Source: Roseibacillus sp. (lineage in GTDB: Bacteria; Verrucomicrobiota; Verrucomicrobiia; Verrucomicrobiales; Akkermansiaceae). From it: 64,000 nucleotides of DNA. Shown here piece after piece: positions 54,233 through 64,000 of the stretch. Position 1 is the first letter of the stretch. The number at the start of each line of letters is the position of its first letter. Below the pieces are notes generated by a model, which was not told the DNA's origin, did no database searches, and was given only the letters and a program-made list of their open reading frames with translations. The stretch lies in the NCBI GenBank assembly GCA_965242925.1, contig CBDEUM010000030.1, forward strand, positions 64,001-128,000, written 5' to 3'. The position numbers and the translations under genes are program-made.

Positions 54233-54359
54233 TCAAAACTGCCAACTCCCTCAGTCCGGAACAAGGCCGAAGGAGAGTTTTGAACTCCCTGTGTCACAAT
54301 TCTAAAAAGTTTTCCGCATCGACGCTCCCTTCCTTCACCGCAAGGATGCCCCCCTCTTC

Positions 54360-56687
54360 ATGGATGGTGAGAACACTCCCCAACCCTCACACCGCTCCCC
54401 CTTCACATGGATTCCTGCGGTGGTGGTGGCAGCCCTGCTGGCGGCCACCGGCTTTTTCGTCTCCCTGCGCTATCAACCGCCGCCGGTGATCCCGGCCGAG
54501 GCACCGGGGAGCATCTTCTCCGCGGAACGGGCCTTCGAACGCCTCCAGCCTCTTCTGGCTCACGGGCAACCCCATCCCCTGGGTTCCCCTGCCAACGAGA
54601 GATTCCGCGCTCAACTCCTCCGGGAACTGGAGGACCTCGGTCTCGATCCCGAGGAGAACGACCACTGGGTCTCGGCGGGAAGGGGATCCACCACCACCCT
54701 CGTGCTCGCTCGCAACCTCATGGCGGAGTTGCCCTCTTCCAATCCCGACCTCCCCGCCCTTCTCCTCTCCTGCCACTACGATTCCATCCCTGCCGGTCCC
54801 GGAGCCAGCGATGACGGGGCGGCGGTGGCAACCCTCCTTGAGGTTGCCAGCATCCTGATGAGGGAGGCTCCTCTTCCTCGTCCGGTGATCCTCCTCTTTA
54901 CCGACGGGGAAGAACTGGGACTGGACGGCGCCCTGGGCTTCTCACGCTTCAACGAAGCCGCGGAGCGCATCGGCATGATCATGAATTTCGAGGCTCGGGG
55001 ATCCACCGGAGGTAGCCTTATGTTCGAAACCTCCAACGGAAATTCCTGGATGATCGACCAGATGGCGCACGGTCTACCCCGGCCCATGAGCAGCTCTGCC
55101 TACGTCAGTGTCTACCGCAGGATGCCCAACTCCTCCGACCTCACCGTCTTCATGCGACGGGGTCTGGATGGCCTCAACTTCGCCTTTATTGGACGCCCCG
55201 GGCATTATCATACCCCTCTCGACAACCTTGAGAATCTCGATCAACGAAGCCTGCAGCATCACGGCGACAACGCCCTGGGAATGGCGCGCCAGCTCTTGTC
55301 CTCCGATTGGCAGGACGCCACCTCGGAGGAGGATGCGGTCTACACTGACATCGCCGCTCATTTCATCCTGGCCTGGCCGAGCAGCTGGGGCCTCTGGTTG
55401 GCAGGAGCCGTTCTGCTCGCCCTCCTGCTTCCTTTTCTCCACCTGTGCCGGAGCCGCCGATGGGGCCTGCTGGAACTCTCACGTGGGGTCTCCTGCTGGA
55501 TCCTGTGCATCCTGGTTGGCGTGGTCACGGGCTGGTTTGCGGCCTGGACTCTGCAGCGCGTCGACCCTCCCTCCACTCCCTGGCCTGCTCACATGTATCT
55601 GGACCTGCTCGTGCCTTGTATCTGCACGGCCATGGGTCTCCTCCTGATCGTCCGCTTTGTCCGTCCCCGGCCCACCCTTTTCTTTTTCCTTCACGGCGTG
55701 GCACTTGCACTCGGAGCTCTCCTCCTCAGCCTTGCCGCAGATGGATTCTCCTATCTCCTCCTCATCCCGGCCTTCATGACCGCCCTCGCCTCGCTCCTTC
55801 TTCTCAATGCCCACCGCGGAAACTCCTTCCTTCTCACCACCGCCTGCCTGCTGCCAGGATTGACTACGACCGTGCTGATCGTTCCCTTCCTCAAGTATCT
55901 TCCCGATGCGCTTGGTACCGTGATATCCCCACCAGTCATGTCAGCGCTGGTGGTATTGCTTCTTCTTCCCCTTGTCCCACTCCTGACCCTGCTGTCGCAA
56001 AAGCTCCTGCTCCACTGTGCCCTCCTGCTGGGACTTGGCGCCCTGGGGTCTGGATTCCTTGCCCTCCAGACCCCGGCTTTTACTGCGGATTTACCACAAC
56101 AACTCAACCTCAGCTATTATGAGGAAATGGACCAGGACACTGGGCACATCTCTTTCATGCCCCGGGAAGGCTCCCTGCCTCCGCTCCTGACCAGCGGCCT
56201 GAAGCGTCTTCCTGAACCGGGAAGCCTTTCATATCCCCTGCGAGGCTCGGTTTTCGAGACGAGAAAGGCTGATCTTCCCCTGCCAAAATTCGAATTGCTG
56301 GACTGGAGCAACGAGAGCAACGCTCACAGTGCCAGGATCCGGTTCACCCCAACCCTGCCTTCACAGGAAATCGTGATCGGACTGGACCAGGCCCAGGAAC
56401 TCTCGGCAATCTCCGCGCTCGGAACTGACCTGCCCCTTCCACAGGCGGACCATTCCAATCGACAATGGCTCCGCTTTCGCGGCGTCCCCACCGATGGTCT
56501 CGAAATCGTCCTCACCTGGAAGAGATCATCCACCCTCCGTTTCTCCCTCGCCGGAAGCACGCCGGGACTTCCGCCTCACCTCGCTGAACTCCGAACCATC
56601 CGCGACCAACTGCCAGCCTGCGCCGCTCACTCTGGTGACCGCTCGATTGTCCTCCGGGACGTGCTTCTGGAGTCCCCCGTCTTCTAG
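54360..56687 (+). CDS. M28 family membrane metallopeptidase
   Basis: CHYDS, GASDDG, TDGEELGL, NFEARG and YHTPLD motifs followed by multiple TM segments. Confidence 0.88.
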   Translation: MDGENTPQPSHRSPFTWIPAVVVAALLAATGFFVSLRYQPPPVIPAEAPGSIFSAERAFERLQPLLAHGQPHPLGSPANERFRAQLLRELEDLGLDPEENDHWVSAGRGSTTTLVLARNLMAELPSSNPDLPALLLSCHYDSIPAGPGASDDGAAVATLLEVASILMREAPLPRPVILLFTDGEELGLDGALGFSRFNEAAERIGMIMNFEARGSTGGSLMFETSNGNSWMIDQMAHGLPRPMSSSAYVSVYRRMPNSSDLTVFMRRGLDGLNFAFIGRPGHYHTPLDNLENLDQRSLQHHGDNALGMARQLLSSDWQDATSEEDAVYTDIAAHFILAWPSSWGLWLAGAVLLALLLPFLHLCRSRRWGLLELSRGVSCWILCILVGVVTGWFAAWTLQRVDPPSTPWPAHMYLDLLVPCICTAMGLLLIVRFVRPRPTLFFFLHGVALALGALLLSLAADGFSYLLLIPAFMTALASLLLLNAHRGNSFLLTTACLLPGLTTTVLIVPFLKYLPDALGTVISPPVMSALVVLLLLPLVPLLTLLSQKLLLHCALLLGLGALGSGFLALQTPAFTADLPQQLNLSYYEEMDQDTGHISFMPREGSLPPLLTSGLKRLPEPGSLSYPLRGSVFETRKADLPLPKFELLDWSNESNAHSARIRFTPTLPSQEIVIGLDQAQELSAISALGTDLPLPQADHSNRQWLRFRGVPTDGLEIVLTWKRSSTLRFSLAGSTPGLPPHLAELRTIRDQLPACAAHSGDRSIVLRDVLLESPVF

Positions 56688-56738
56688 GGGGCGCTCCTGA
56701 GCGATTCCCCCGGACACGGGAGAGGACGCAGCGACCCG

Positions 56739-59330
56739 TCAGGCAGCTCTTTCTACCGCCCGACGGTAGACCATCCTCCCGCCCTCCACTTCGGCCTCGA
56801 TCACATCGCCCTCGACAAAGGCACCTTCAAGCACTTCCAGACTAAGAGGATCGAGGAGATGCTTCTGGATGGCCCGCTTGAGAGGTCGCGCTCCGTAGAT
56901 CGGATCGTAGCCCTGGTTGGCCAGGAATTCCGCGGCCCCGGCACTCACTGCCAACCCAAGGCCCTGCCTGGCCAGGCGCTGCCTCACCCGCTCCAGTTGA
57001 AGTCCCACGATGCTCTCAAGTTCCCTGCGATTGAGCTGATCAAAGATGACCGTTTCGTCCACGCGATTGAGAAACTCCGGACGGAAATGCGCTCGCAGGG
57101 CCTCGGTCACCCCGGCTTCGCGCTTTTTCGCGTTCTCTTCCTCGGTAATGAACTGGCTTCCGATGTTTGAAGTCATGATCAGGACCGTGTTCCGGAAGTC
57201 CACAGTCCGACCCTGCCCGTCGGTAACACGCCCGTCGTCGAGGACCTGGAGCAGGAGATTGAAAACATCGGGATGAGCCTTCTCTACCTCGTCAAAAAGC
57301 ACCACCGAGTAGGGCTTGCGCCGCACGTGTTCGCTCAACTGCCCTCCCTCTTCATAACCAACATATCCCGGAGGGGCACCAATCAGGCGGGCCACGCTGT
57401 GCCTCTCCATGTACTCCGACATGTCGATCCGCACCATCGCCTCTTCGTCGTCAAAGAGGAACTCGGCCAGGGCCTTGGAAAGCTCTGTTTTGCCGACCCC
57501 GGTCGGTCCAAGGAAGAGGAAGGAGCCAATAGGCCGGTTTTCATCCTGTAAACCAGCCCGTGCACGCCGCACCGCGTTCGAAACGGCATCGACGGCGGTC
57601 CGCTGTCCGATCACGCGTTCGCCCAGACGCTCTTCCATCTTCACGAGCTTGCAACGCTCGGCTTCCTGGAGTCGATTCACCGGGATCCCCGTCCAGGAGG
57701 CCACCACTCTGGCGATATCCTCCTCCGTGACCTCTTCCTTCAGGAGTTGCCCTCCACCCTGTCGGTCTCCAAGGCGTTTCTGGGCCTCTTGAAGATTCTT
57801 CTCAGCCTCCGGCAAAGCACCGTAGGTCAGTTCGGAGGCTCGGGCCAGATCGCCAATACGCTGGGCCTGCCCAGCCTCCGTCTTCACCTGGTCGATGTGC
57901 TCCTGGAATCTGCGGACTTCGTCGATCATATCCTTCTCATGGCGCCACTGCGCCAGCAAACCCGCCGATTTCTCCTTCAGGTTAGCCATCTCCTCCACCA
58001 CCTTCTTCAGACGCTCCGCACTCCCGCGATCAGACTCCTTTTCCAAGGCCTGACGCTCCATCTCCAGTTGCATGAGCTGCCTCTCAATCTGATCGATCTC
58101 AGTAGGCATGGAATCCAGTTCGATTTTGAGGCGGGAAGCCGCCTCGTCCATCAGATCCACCGCCTTGTCGGGAAGGAAGCGGGCCGAGATGTAGCGATCT
58201 CCCATGGTGGCCGCTGCCACCAGGGCGCTATCCTGGATCCCTACCCCGTGGTGCACTTCATATCGCTCCTTGAGTCCCCGGAGGATCGCGATGGAGTCCT
58301 CCACCGAGGGTTCCTCCACCTTCACCGGCTGAAAGCGGCGCTCAAGCGCAGCATCCTTTTCCACATACTTGCGATATTCATCGAGCGTGGTGGCTCCGAT
58401 GGTGCGCAATTCCCCGCGGGCCAGCTGTGGCTTGAGCAGATTGGAGGCGTCGATCGCACCCTCACTCGCGCCTGCGCCGACGATGGTGTGGAGTTCATCA
58501 ATGAAGAGCACAATCTTTCCCTCCGCCTCGGTAACCTCCCTGAGAAAGGCCTTGAGCCGGTCCTCGAACTCCCCACGGTACTTCGCACCTGCAATCATTC
58601 CTCCCAGATCCATCGCGATGATACGCTTGTCCTTCATGGCTTCCGGCACGTCACCACTTACAATCCGGCGCGCCAACCCCTCCACGATGGCGGTCTTGCC
58701 CGTCCCTGGTTCCCCGATGAGAACAGGGTTGTTCTTGGTGCGTCGCGAGAGAACCTGGAGGATACGCCGGATTTCCTCGTCGCGTCCGATGACCGGATCG
58801 ATCTTGCCGGCCCGGGCGAGCGCACACAGGTCCGTTCCATATTTTTCCAGGGTCTGATATTTCCCTTCCGGCGACTCATCCGTGACCTTCTGGCTCCCAC
58901 GTATTTCCTTAAGAGAGCGATCAAGAGCCCCTCGGGTCACACCTGCATCCTCCAGGACTTTGCCTGCAGTGCTATCGCCTTTCATGGCCCCCAGCAGAAA
59001 GTGCTCCACGCTGAGAAAATCGTCCCCCAACTTCACGCGCGCTTCGTCGGCAGCATCTAAGGTCGACCGCAGGCCGCAACTGATCTGTGGCTGTGCACTC
59101 GCACCCTGCATGCGCGGTTCCTTGTCGAGGGTGGTGATGATGCTGGCCTTGAGGACAGGGAGGTCCACGCCTGCTTTCTCCAGAAGGGGAACCACGATTC
59201 CGCCTTCCTGCTGCAGCAGTTCCAGCAACACATGCGCACTCTTGAGCTCGGGATGAGCTGACTTGAATGCCAATCGCTGAGCTGCCTGGAGCGCTTCCTG
59301 AAGTTTGATGGTCAATTTATCGAGGCCCAT
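56739..59330 (-). CDS. clpB: ATP-dependent chaperone ClpB
   Basis: Two AAA+ modules ([16 protein letters not shown]), KYRGEFEDR, coiled-coil middle domain, GARPLKR. Confidence 0.97.
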   Translation of the reverse strand: MGLDKLTIKLQEALQAAQRLAFKSAHPELKSAHVLLELLQQEGGIVVPLLEKAGVDLPVLKASIITTLDKEPRMQGASAQPQISCGLRSTLDAADEARVKLGDDFLSVEHFLLGAMKGDSTAGKVLEDAGVTRGALDRSLKEIRGSQKVTDESPEGKYQTLEKYGTDLCALARAGKIDPVIGRDEEIRRILQVLSRRTKNNPVLIGEPGTGKTAIVEGLARRIVSGDVPEAMKDKRIIAMDLGGMIAGAKYRGEFEDRLKAFLREVTEAEGKIVLFIDELHTIVGAGASEGAIDASNLLKPQLARGELRTIGATTLDEYRKYVEKDAALERRFQPVKVEEPSVEDSIAILRGLKERYEVHHGVGIQDSALVAAATMGDRYISARFLPDKAVDLMDEAASRLKIELDSMPTEIDQIERQLMQLEMERQALEKESDRGSAERLKKVVEEMANLKEKSAGLLAQWRHEKDMIDEVRRFQEHIDQVKTEAGQAQRIGDLARASELTYGALPEAEKNLQEAQKRLGDRQGGGQLLKEEVTEEDIARVVASWTGIPVNRLQEAERCKLVKMEERLGERVIGQRTAVDAVSNAVRRARAGLQDENRPIGSFLFLGPTGVGKTELSKALAEFLFDDEEAMVRIDMSEYMERHSVARLIGAPPGYVGYEEGGQLSEHVRRKPYSVVLFDEVEKAHPDVFNLLLQVLDDGRVTDGQGRTVDFRNTVLIMTSNIGSQFITEEENAKKREAGVTEALRAHFRPEFLNRVDETVIFDQLNRRELESIVGLQLERVRQRLARQGLGLAVSAGAAEFLANQGYDPIYGARPLKRAIQKHLLDPLSLEVLEGAFVEGDVIEAEVEGGRMVYRRAVERAA

Positions 59331-59497
59331 GCTGGATTCCTTGCAATTCGCGGACCAGCGCCTCAGTCACCTAAATACAGGGAGATTCTCCCCGTGAAGG
59401 GACATCCTGACCCCAGTCCTGCGTCAGCATGGCGTGTCGATTTGTCCCGAATCCCCCGTCTTGCCTCTTCGATCGTTCCCGGAGATGCTCGGCGTCC

Positions 59498-60316
59498 ATG
59501 ACCACCCGAGAGCGCCTCCTCTTCATTGCACCCGGCGTCCTCTTCCTGGTTGCCTTCGGCTCATTTGAACTGGGCCGCCTGGCGAGCCGCAAGGATGCCG
59601 AACGCAAGATGGCGGCCAAACATGGCGGTTCTTCCCCGTTCCTCTCGACCCTGGACGACGACGCCCTGATCAGGAGTCTGCAGGTACAGAATCTGGACGA
59701 ACGCCGGTTTTCATTCGCCCGCGTGATCGAAGGCGCCACCGGCAAGGCGGTGACTCCCTTTGACGCCCTGGAGCCAGCCGCCACAGTCATTCTGGAAGCG
59801 ATTCGGAACGCCGCCGACCATGCCCTGCAAGTCCACAGCGGGGAGAGTTCCCCTCTGCGGAATCTACGCCGCATCAACGAGGGTTCACGCTTCTTCGAGG
59901 ACACCCTGCGGGAACGGATCGATGACCACCCCGCCCTGTTCTGCACCATCCCGCTCACCTCCGAAGGCAGGGAACAGCGTGCGGGCTATCCGGATCTGCG
60001 CATTGAACATGTCGATTCCGGGACCGTGGCTTATCTCGATCCCAAGCTCTACGAGGAGGAGAGCCGCAGATCCACCTTGCGAAGTTTCTACTACAAGCTT
60101 GGGGCAAAACCTTCCAAGGTCACCGAAGACGCCCACCACCTTCTTCTCGGCTTTGCCCACGACGGTGTGGATGGATCCTGGAACTTTACCAGTTGGGAAC
60201 TCCTCGATCTCACCACGCTGAAAATAGAACTGAAAGCGGAATTCCAGGCTTCCAACCGGGATCTCTATGGTGACGAATCCCATTTGGCGTCCTCTCGCCC
60301 GACAACCGGCGAATGA
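59498..60316 (+). CDS. Hypothetical membrane-anchored protein with PD-(D/E)XK nuclease-like motif
   Basis: N-terminal hydrophobic segment; INEGSRFFE...AGYPDLRI...YLDPKLY; start moved to MTTRERLLF. Confidence 0.65.
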   Translation: MTTRERLLFIAPGVLFLVAFGSFELGRLASRKDAERKMAAKHGGSSPFLSTLDDDALIRSLQVQNLDERRFSFARVIEGATGKAVTPFDALEPAATVILEAIRNAADHALQVHSGESSPLRNLRRINEGSRFFEDTLRERIDDHPALFCTIPLTSEGREQRAGYPDLRIEHVDSGTVAYLDPKLYEEESRRSTLRSFYYKLGAKPSKVTEDAHHLLLGFAHDGVDGSWNFTSWELLDLTTLKIELKAEFQASNRDLYGDESHLASSRPTTGE

Positions 60317-60340
60317 CCGGCAGAACCATCACCGACCACC

Positions 60341-62590
60341 ATGAAATCCTTTCCTGTCATCATCCTCTCGCTCTTTTCCTCCTCCCTCATTGCCACCGAA
60401 CTCGGTCAAGTCACCGGGGTGGAAGCTCAACCCCTCATCGCGCAGACGAAACGCCTGACTCAAGCCCTCGAATTTGTAGGCGCGCCCCTTACTGCCGCCC
60501 GGCGACAGGCCCTTGAAGAGGCCCTGTCGGGTGAGACTGACGCCGTCGTGGGTGCCGGCATACAGGTCGCTCTGGACCCCCTCTGTCTGGCAGAAGTGAC
60601 CATCAATCCCGAATCGCGTGTGAAAGTCGTTCCCGGTCCCGCCAAGCCTGTTCTGGTGGAAGGTGGCTGGACTGTTTTCCTCATCAAGGTACACAACGAA
60701 GCAGGGGTGACCGCCCCCCTGGGAGTGCAGAGCCCTAACGCGCGAAGCATGCACAACTCGCCCAAGGAGGACCTGCCCGACCGCTGGTTGGATCTCGCCA
60801 CCATGGACAAGCAACCGCTCGCCAGAACACTGGGTGGACTTGAACTGGAGTACCGTATCCTCTCGCTCTACAGTCGGGACCGGGGAAAGAGGGAGGGCAA
60901 GCTCCAGTTCGACGTCGGCCAGGGCACCCAAGACCTGGGCTTCCGTAACGAGAGCGACTTCCTCTTCACCTGCCAGCCCGCTCACGAGATCAAACTCGAA
61001 GTTCTCGACGAAAATGGGGAGCCCACCACGGCCGCCTTTGAAATCCGTGACCAACGGGGCCGCGTTTACCCTTCGCAGTCCAAGCGGGCTGCTCCCGACT
61101 TCGCCTTTCATCCTCAGATCTACCGTGCCCACGGGGAGTCCATCCGCCTCCCCACCGGCACCTACACCATCCGGAACTACCGCGGTCCCGAGTCGCTCCC
61201 GCAGGAGCGTCAAGTGGAAGTCAATCAGAACACAGGGAAACTCTCCTACAAGGTCAGACGCTGGATCGATCCCTCTCTCATGGGCTGGTGGTCGGGCGAT
61301 CATCATATCCACGCCGCAGGTTGCGCCCACTACACCAATCCCACCGAGGGCGTCCATGCGCCTGACATGATGCGGCACTGCCTGGGAGAGGATCTCAAGG
61401 TCGGGTGCAACCTGACCTGGGGACCATGCTTCGACTACCAGAAGCAATTCTTTACGGGCAAGAACGACAAGGTCTCCCGTTATCCCTATCTCCTCCGTTA
61501 CGACATCGAGGTCTCCGGCTTCGGATCACACCAGAGCGGTCACCTCTGCCTTCTCCGCCTGAAGAACCAGATGTACCCGGGGGGAGATTCCAAGCACCAC
61601 TGGCCCAAGCTCTGCCTGAACACCCTGCGATGGGCCAAGAAACAGGGAGCCCTTGTCGGCCCCGCTCACTCCGGCTGGGGCCTGAGCGTTCCCGGCAAGG
61701 AACTCCCAAACTACAATCCCCCCCCTTTCGATGGAATCGGCGCCAACGAATACATCGTCGATGTCACCCATACCGTGGAAGGACCGGATGGCAGGCAGGT
61801 AGCCGCGGTCGATTTTCTCTCCATGGTCGATACTCCCTACGTCTGGGAACTCAACATCTGGTATCACACCCTCAATTGCGGCTTCCGTACCCGGATCAGC
61901 GGGGAAACGGATTTCCCCTGTATCTATGGAGAACGGGTGGGACTGGGCCGCTCCTACGTCAAACTTGAGGGCAAGCTCACCTTCGACCAATGGTGTGAAG
62001 GCATTCGCCAGGGCCGCAACTACGTGGGGGACGGTCGCTCACACCTGATTGGATTCCAGGTCAACGACACTGAAATGGGCGTGGGTGACAGCAGCGTCCG
62101 GTTGGACGAACCGGGCAAGGTGACCGCCCGGGTCAGGGCCGCAGCATTTCTGCCGGAGAAACCATCTCCCGGAATACGGGACCTCCCCTACGACAACAAA
62201 CCCTACTGGCACATAGAACGCTCCCGACTGGGCGACACCCGTGACGTAACCGTTGAAATTCTTGTCAATGGTAAAGCCGCCGCCCAGCGCAGGCTGCATG
62301 CCGACGGCAGCCTGAAGGACCTGGCCTTCGAGGTTCCCATCGAACGCAGTTCGTGGGTGGCCGCCCGCATCCTTCCTTCCTCCCACACCAACCCGGTCTG
62401 GGTTACGGTCGCGGACAGACCCGTACGAGCTTCCCGACGCAGTGCGGAATGGTGCCTGCGTGGAGTAAATGACTGCTGGAGTCAGAAGGAGAGATTCATC
62501 GATAAGGATGAACTGGATGATGCCCGGAAGGCCTATGATCACGCCCGTAACTCCTATAAGCGCATCATCGACGAGTCGGAGATCCCTTGA
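60341..62590 (+). CDS. Secreted CehA/McbA-type (PHP-like) metallohydrolase
   Basis: Signal peptide; WWSGDHHIH, GPAHSG, WYHTLNCGFR, SGETDFP and SHTNPVWV motifs. Confidence 0.75.
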   Translation: MKSFPVIILSLFSSSLIATELGQVTGVEAQPLIAQTKRLTQALEFVGAPLTAARRQALEEALSGETDAVVGAGIQVALDPLCLAEVTINPESRVKVVPGPAKPVLVEGGWTVFLIKVHNEAGVTAPLGVQSPNARSMHNSPKEDLPDRWLDLATMDKQPLARTLGGLELEYRILSLYSRDRGKREGKLQFDVGQGTQDLGFRNESDFLFTCQPAHEIKLEVLDENGEPTTAAFEIRDQRGRVYPSQSKRAAPDFAFHPQIYRAHGESIRLPTGTYTIRNYRGPESLPQERQVEVNQNTGKLSYKVRRWIDPSLMGWWSGDHHIHAAGCAHYTNPTEGVHAPDMMRHCLGEDLKVGCNLTWGPCFDYQKQFFTGKNDKVSRYPYLLRYDIEVSGFGSHQSGHLCLLRLKNQMYPGGDSKHHWPKLCLNTLRWAKKQGALVGPAHSGWGLSVPGKELPNYNPPPFDGIGANEYIVDVTHTVEGPDGRQVAAVDFLSMVDTPYVWELNIWYHTLNCGFRTRISGETDFPCIYGERVGLGRSYVKLEGKLTFDQWCEGIRQGRNYVGDGRSHLIGFQVNDTEMGVGDSSVRLDEPGKVTARVRAAAFLPEKPSPGIRDLPYDNKPYWHIERSRLGDTRDVTVEILVNGKAAAQRRLHADGSLKDLAFEVPIERSSWVAARILPSSHTNPVWVTVADRPVRASRRSAEWCLRGVNDCWSQKERFIDKDELDDARKAYDHARNSYKRIIDESEIP

Positions 62591-62727
62591 GTGGCAACTG
62601 CCGACTCTGATCGTCTGCTTCAATCCGGAGGCGGATAACCAGGCCTCTCCCGGGATCCTGAAGCTCACATCCGCAAGATCCACACGGTTGACAGGAAGCC
62701 ATTTGGGGCATGAATTGCTCTCACAGA

Positions 62728-63264
62728 ATGACCTGGAACGAACAATTCATGAATCTGTTCGACCGCTGCGTCGAACGTTACCGGTCCGGGGACGCGGACT
62801 TCGCCCACTACTACGACGGGGACGATCTCCGTTTTCTGAAGGAGATTGGCTGCAAACCACGCGAACTCTTCGACTTCGTGGAGGATTACGTGGACGAGCA
62901 GGCGCCCGCCCCAAGCACCGCCCTTCTCGTCGCTGGAGTTCGCCGCGATTACCTGAATGTGATCCAGGACGGCATTTCCAGCAAAATTGAAATCACACGC
63001 GACGACCTTCCTACCTTCGGCGACACCCTTGGTAACATCGCCTACCTGCCACGGATCCTGGCCAAGGCCCGGGCCAAACTCCGGGGGGAACTCGATCCCG
63101 ACCTCATGTACTGTTGTGGAGGCGATCGCAAGTTTCTCCGCGAGCACTCCATCCACCCTGCCGATTTCCTCCGCAATGTCTGGGCCGCCGGCGACAATGA
63201 CGACGAGGTCATCAATCTTGTCCGGAACAACGCGAACGGCTCACAGGAAAGCGATTCCGATTAA
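62728..63264 (+). CDS. DUF5069-like protein
   Basis: LGNIAYLPRILAKARAKLRGEL...Y.CGGDRKFL; a TTGACA -35-like hexamer lies upstream at 62688. Confidence 0.7.
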   Translation: MTWNEQFMNLFDRCVERYRSGDADFAHYYDGDDLRFLKEIGCKPRELFDFVEDYVDEQAPAPSTALLVAGVRRDYLNVIQDGISSKIEITRDDLPTFGDTLGNIAYLPRILAKARAKLRGELDPDLMYCCGGDRKFLREHSIHPADFLRNVWAAGDNDDEVINLVRNNANGSQESDSD

Positions 63265-63356
63265 GCCAATGATCCTGTGGCAGTTCTTAACAGCTGTTCC
63301 CACGTGGTCGCCAAATTAACGTTTCAGATCGCAGCCGTTCCGTCCCAGCCTGTGCC

Positions 63357-63971
63357 ATGTCCAAGTATGACGGCGAACAGATCCTGGTCGTCCCACGCAG
63401 CCTGTTCGACGAACTGGGGGACTTTCAGGGCCTCACCACCGAAACGGAGCGCTACATCCCTGCCCTGCTGAAACCCTCCAATAATTTATTCATGGATCGC
63501 GAAACAGCGGAAGAAGATCCGGACCACAAGCAGATCATTCCTTATTCGATCTTTCGCCACCAGGACCGCTACCTCCACTATGTTCGCGGAAAATCGGGGG
63601 GAGAAAGCAGACTCCACGCCCTGGGTTCCCTCGGCATTGGAGGTCACATCAATCCCGTCGACGAACGGGGCGATCCACTTGGCCACGCCACCTACATGGC
63701 CGGGGTGGAGCGTGAAATCGAGGAGGAACTCGTGCTCTCCTCCCGTGTCACGCAACGGATTGTTGCGCTACTCAATGACGACAGCAATGCGGTGGGACAG
63801 GTACATCTCGGAGTCGTTCATCTCTTTGAGTTGTCCAACGACGAGGTGAGCGCCCGCGAGGACGCTCTCTCCGATCTGCAATTTCAGGACGCCGAAACGC
63901 TCAGAGGCCCCCTTTACGACTCACTCGAGTCCTGGTCCCGCTTCTGCGTGGATGCTCTGGACGAGTTCTGA
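63357..63971 (+). CDS. Predicted NUDIX-family phosphoesterase (COG4112/YmaB-like)
   Basis: EEDPDHKQIIPY, GGESRLH, SLGIGGHIN, EREIEEEL, NAVGQVHLG and LESWS motifs. Confidence 0.82.
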   Translation: MSKYDGEQILVVPRSLFDELGDFQGLTTETERYIPALLKPSNNLFMDRETAEEDPDHKQIIPYSIFRHQDRYLHYVRGKSGGESRLHALGSLGIGGHINPVDERGDPLGHATYMAGVEREIEEELVLSSRVTQRIVALLNDDSNAVGQVHLGVVHLFELSNDEVSAREDALSDLQFQDAETLRGPLYDSLESWSRFCVDALDEF

Positions 63972-64000
63972 TCGCTGCGCAATCACCACCGTCCGCCAAG

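Noticed and set aside
59331..59497. Heat-shock operator (CIRCE) or sigma54 site upstream of clpB
   Set aside because: No TTAGCACTC-N9-GAGTGCTAA and no convincing TGGCAC-N5-TTGC match found.

Overview
This 64 kb window is gene-dense, GC-rich bacterial chromosome. The gene content points to Verrucomicrobiota (inference): a PVC-type heme-binding dehydrogenase, a giant CotH/lamin-tail/Ig-repeat protein, DUF5069, a CehA/McbA-type hydrolase and a GH75-like membrane protein. About 38 CDSs are supported, mostly housekeeping (sucAB, ligA, putA, PBP2, mfd, coaD, cstA, a UvrD/PcrA helicase, clpB), plus a GldAFG-like ABC module and a BrnT/BrnA-like pair. Reading by eye I found no rRNA, tRNA, CRISPR array, integrase or transposase. 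The most notable observations are four. (1) An unannotated 102-nt diverged copy of the exact 3' end of the M48 peptidase gene lies 1.26 kb downstream and brackets a hypothetical gene, which looks like a recombination scar. (2) A membrane-anchored PD-(D/E)XK restriction-endonuclease-like protein has no methyltransferase nearby and heads a run of phosphoesterase-like genes. (3) The BrnT-like toxin lacks the usual N-terminal motif and is coupled into a vanZ-ligA run. (4) Three genes (GbsR-like regulator, YkgJ, mfd) are each broken by a single-base homopolymer indel, probably sequencing error. All product calls come from motif recognition by eye, not database searches.
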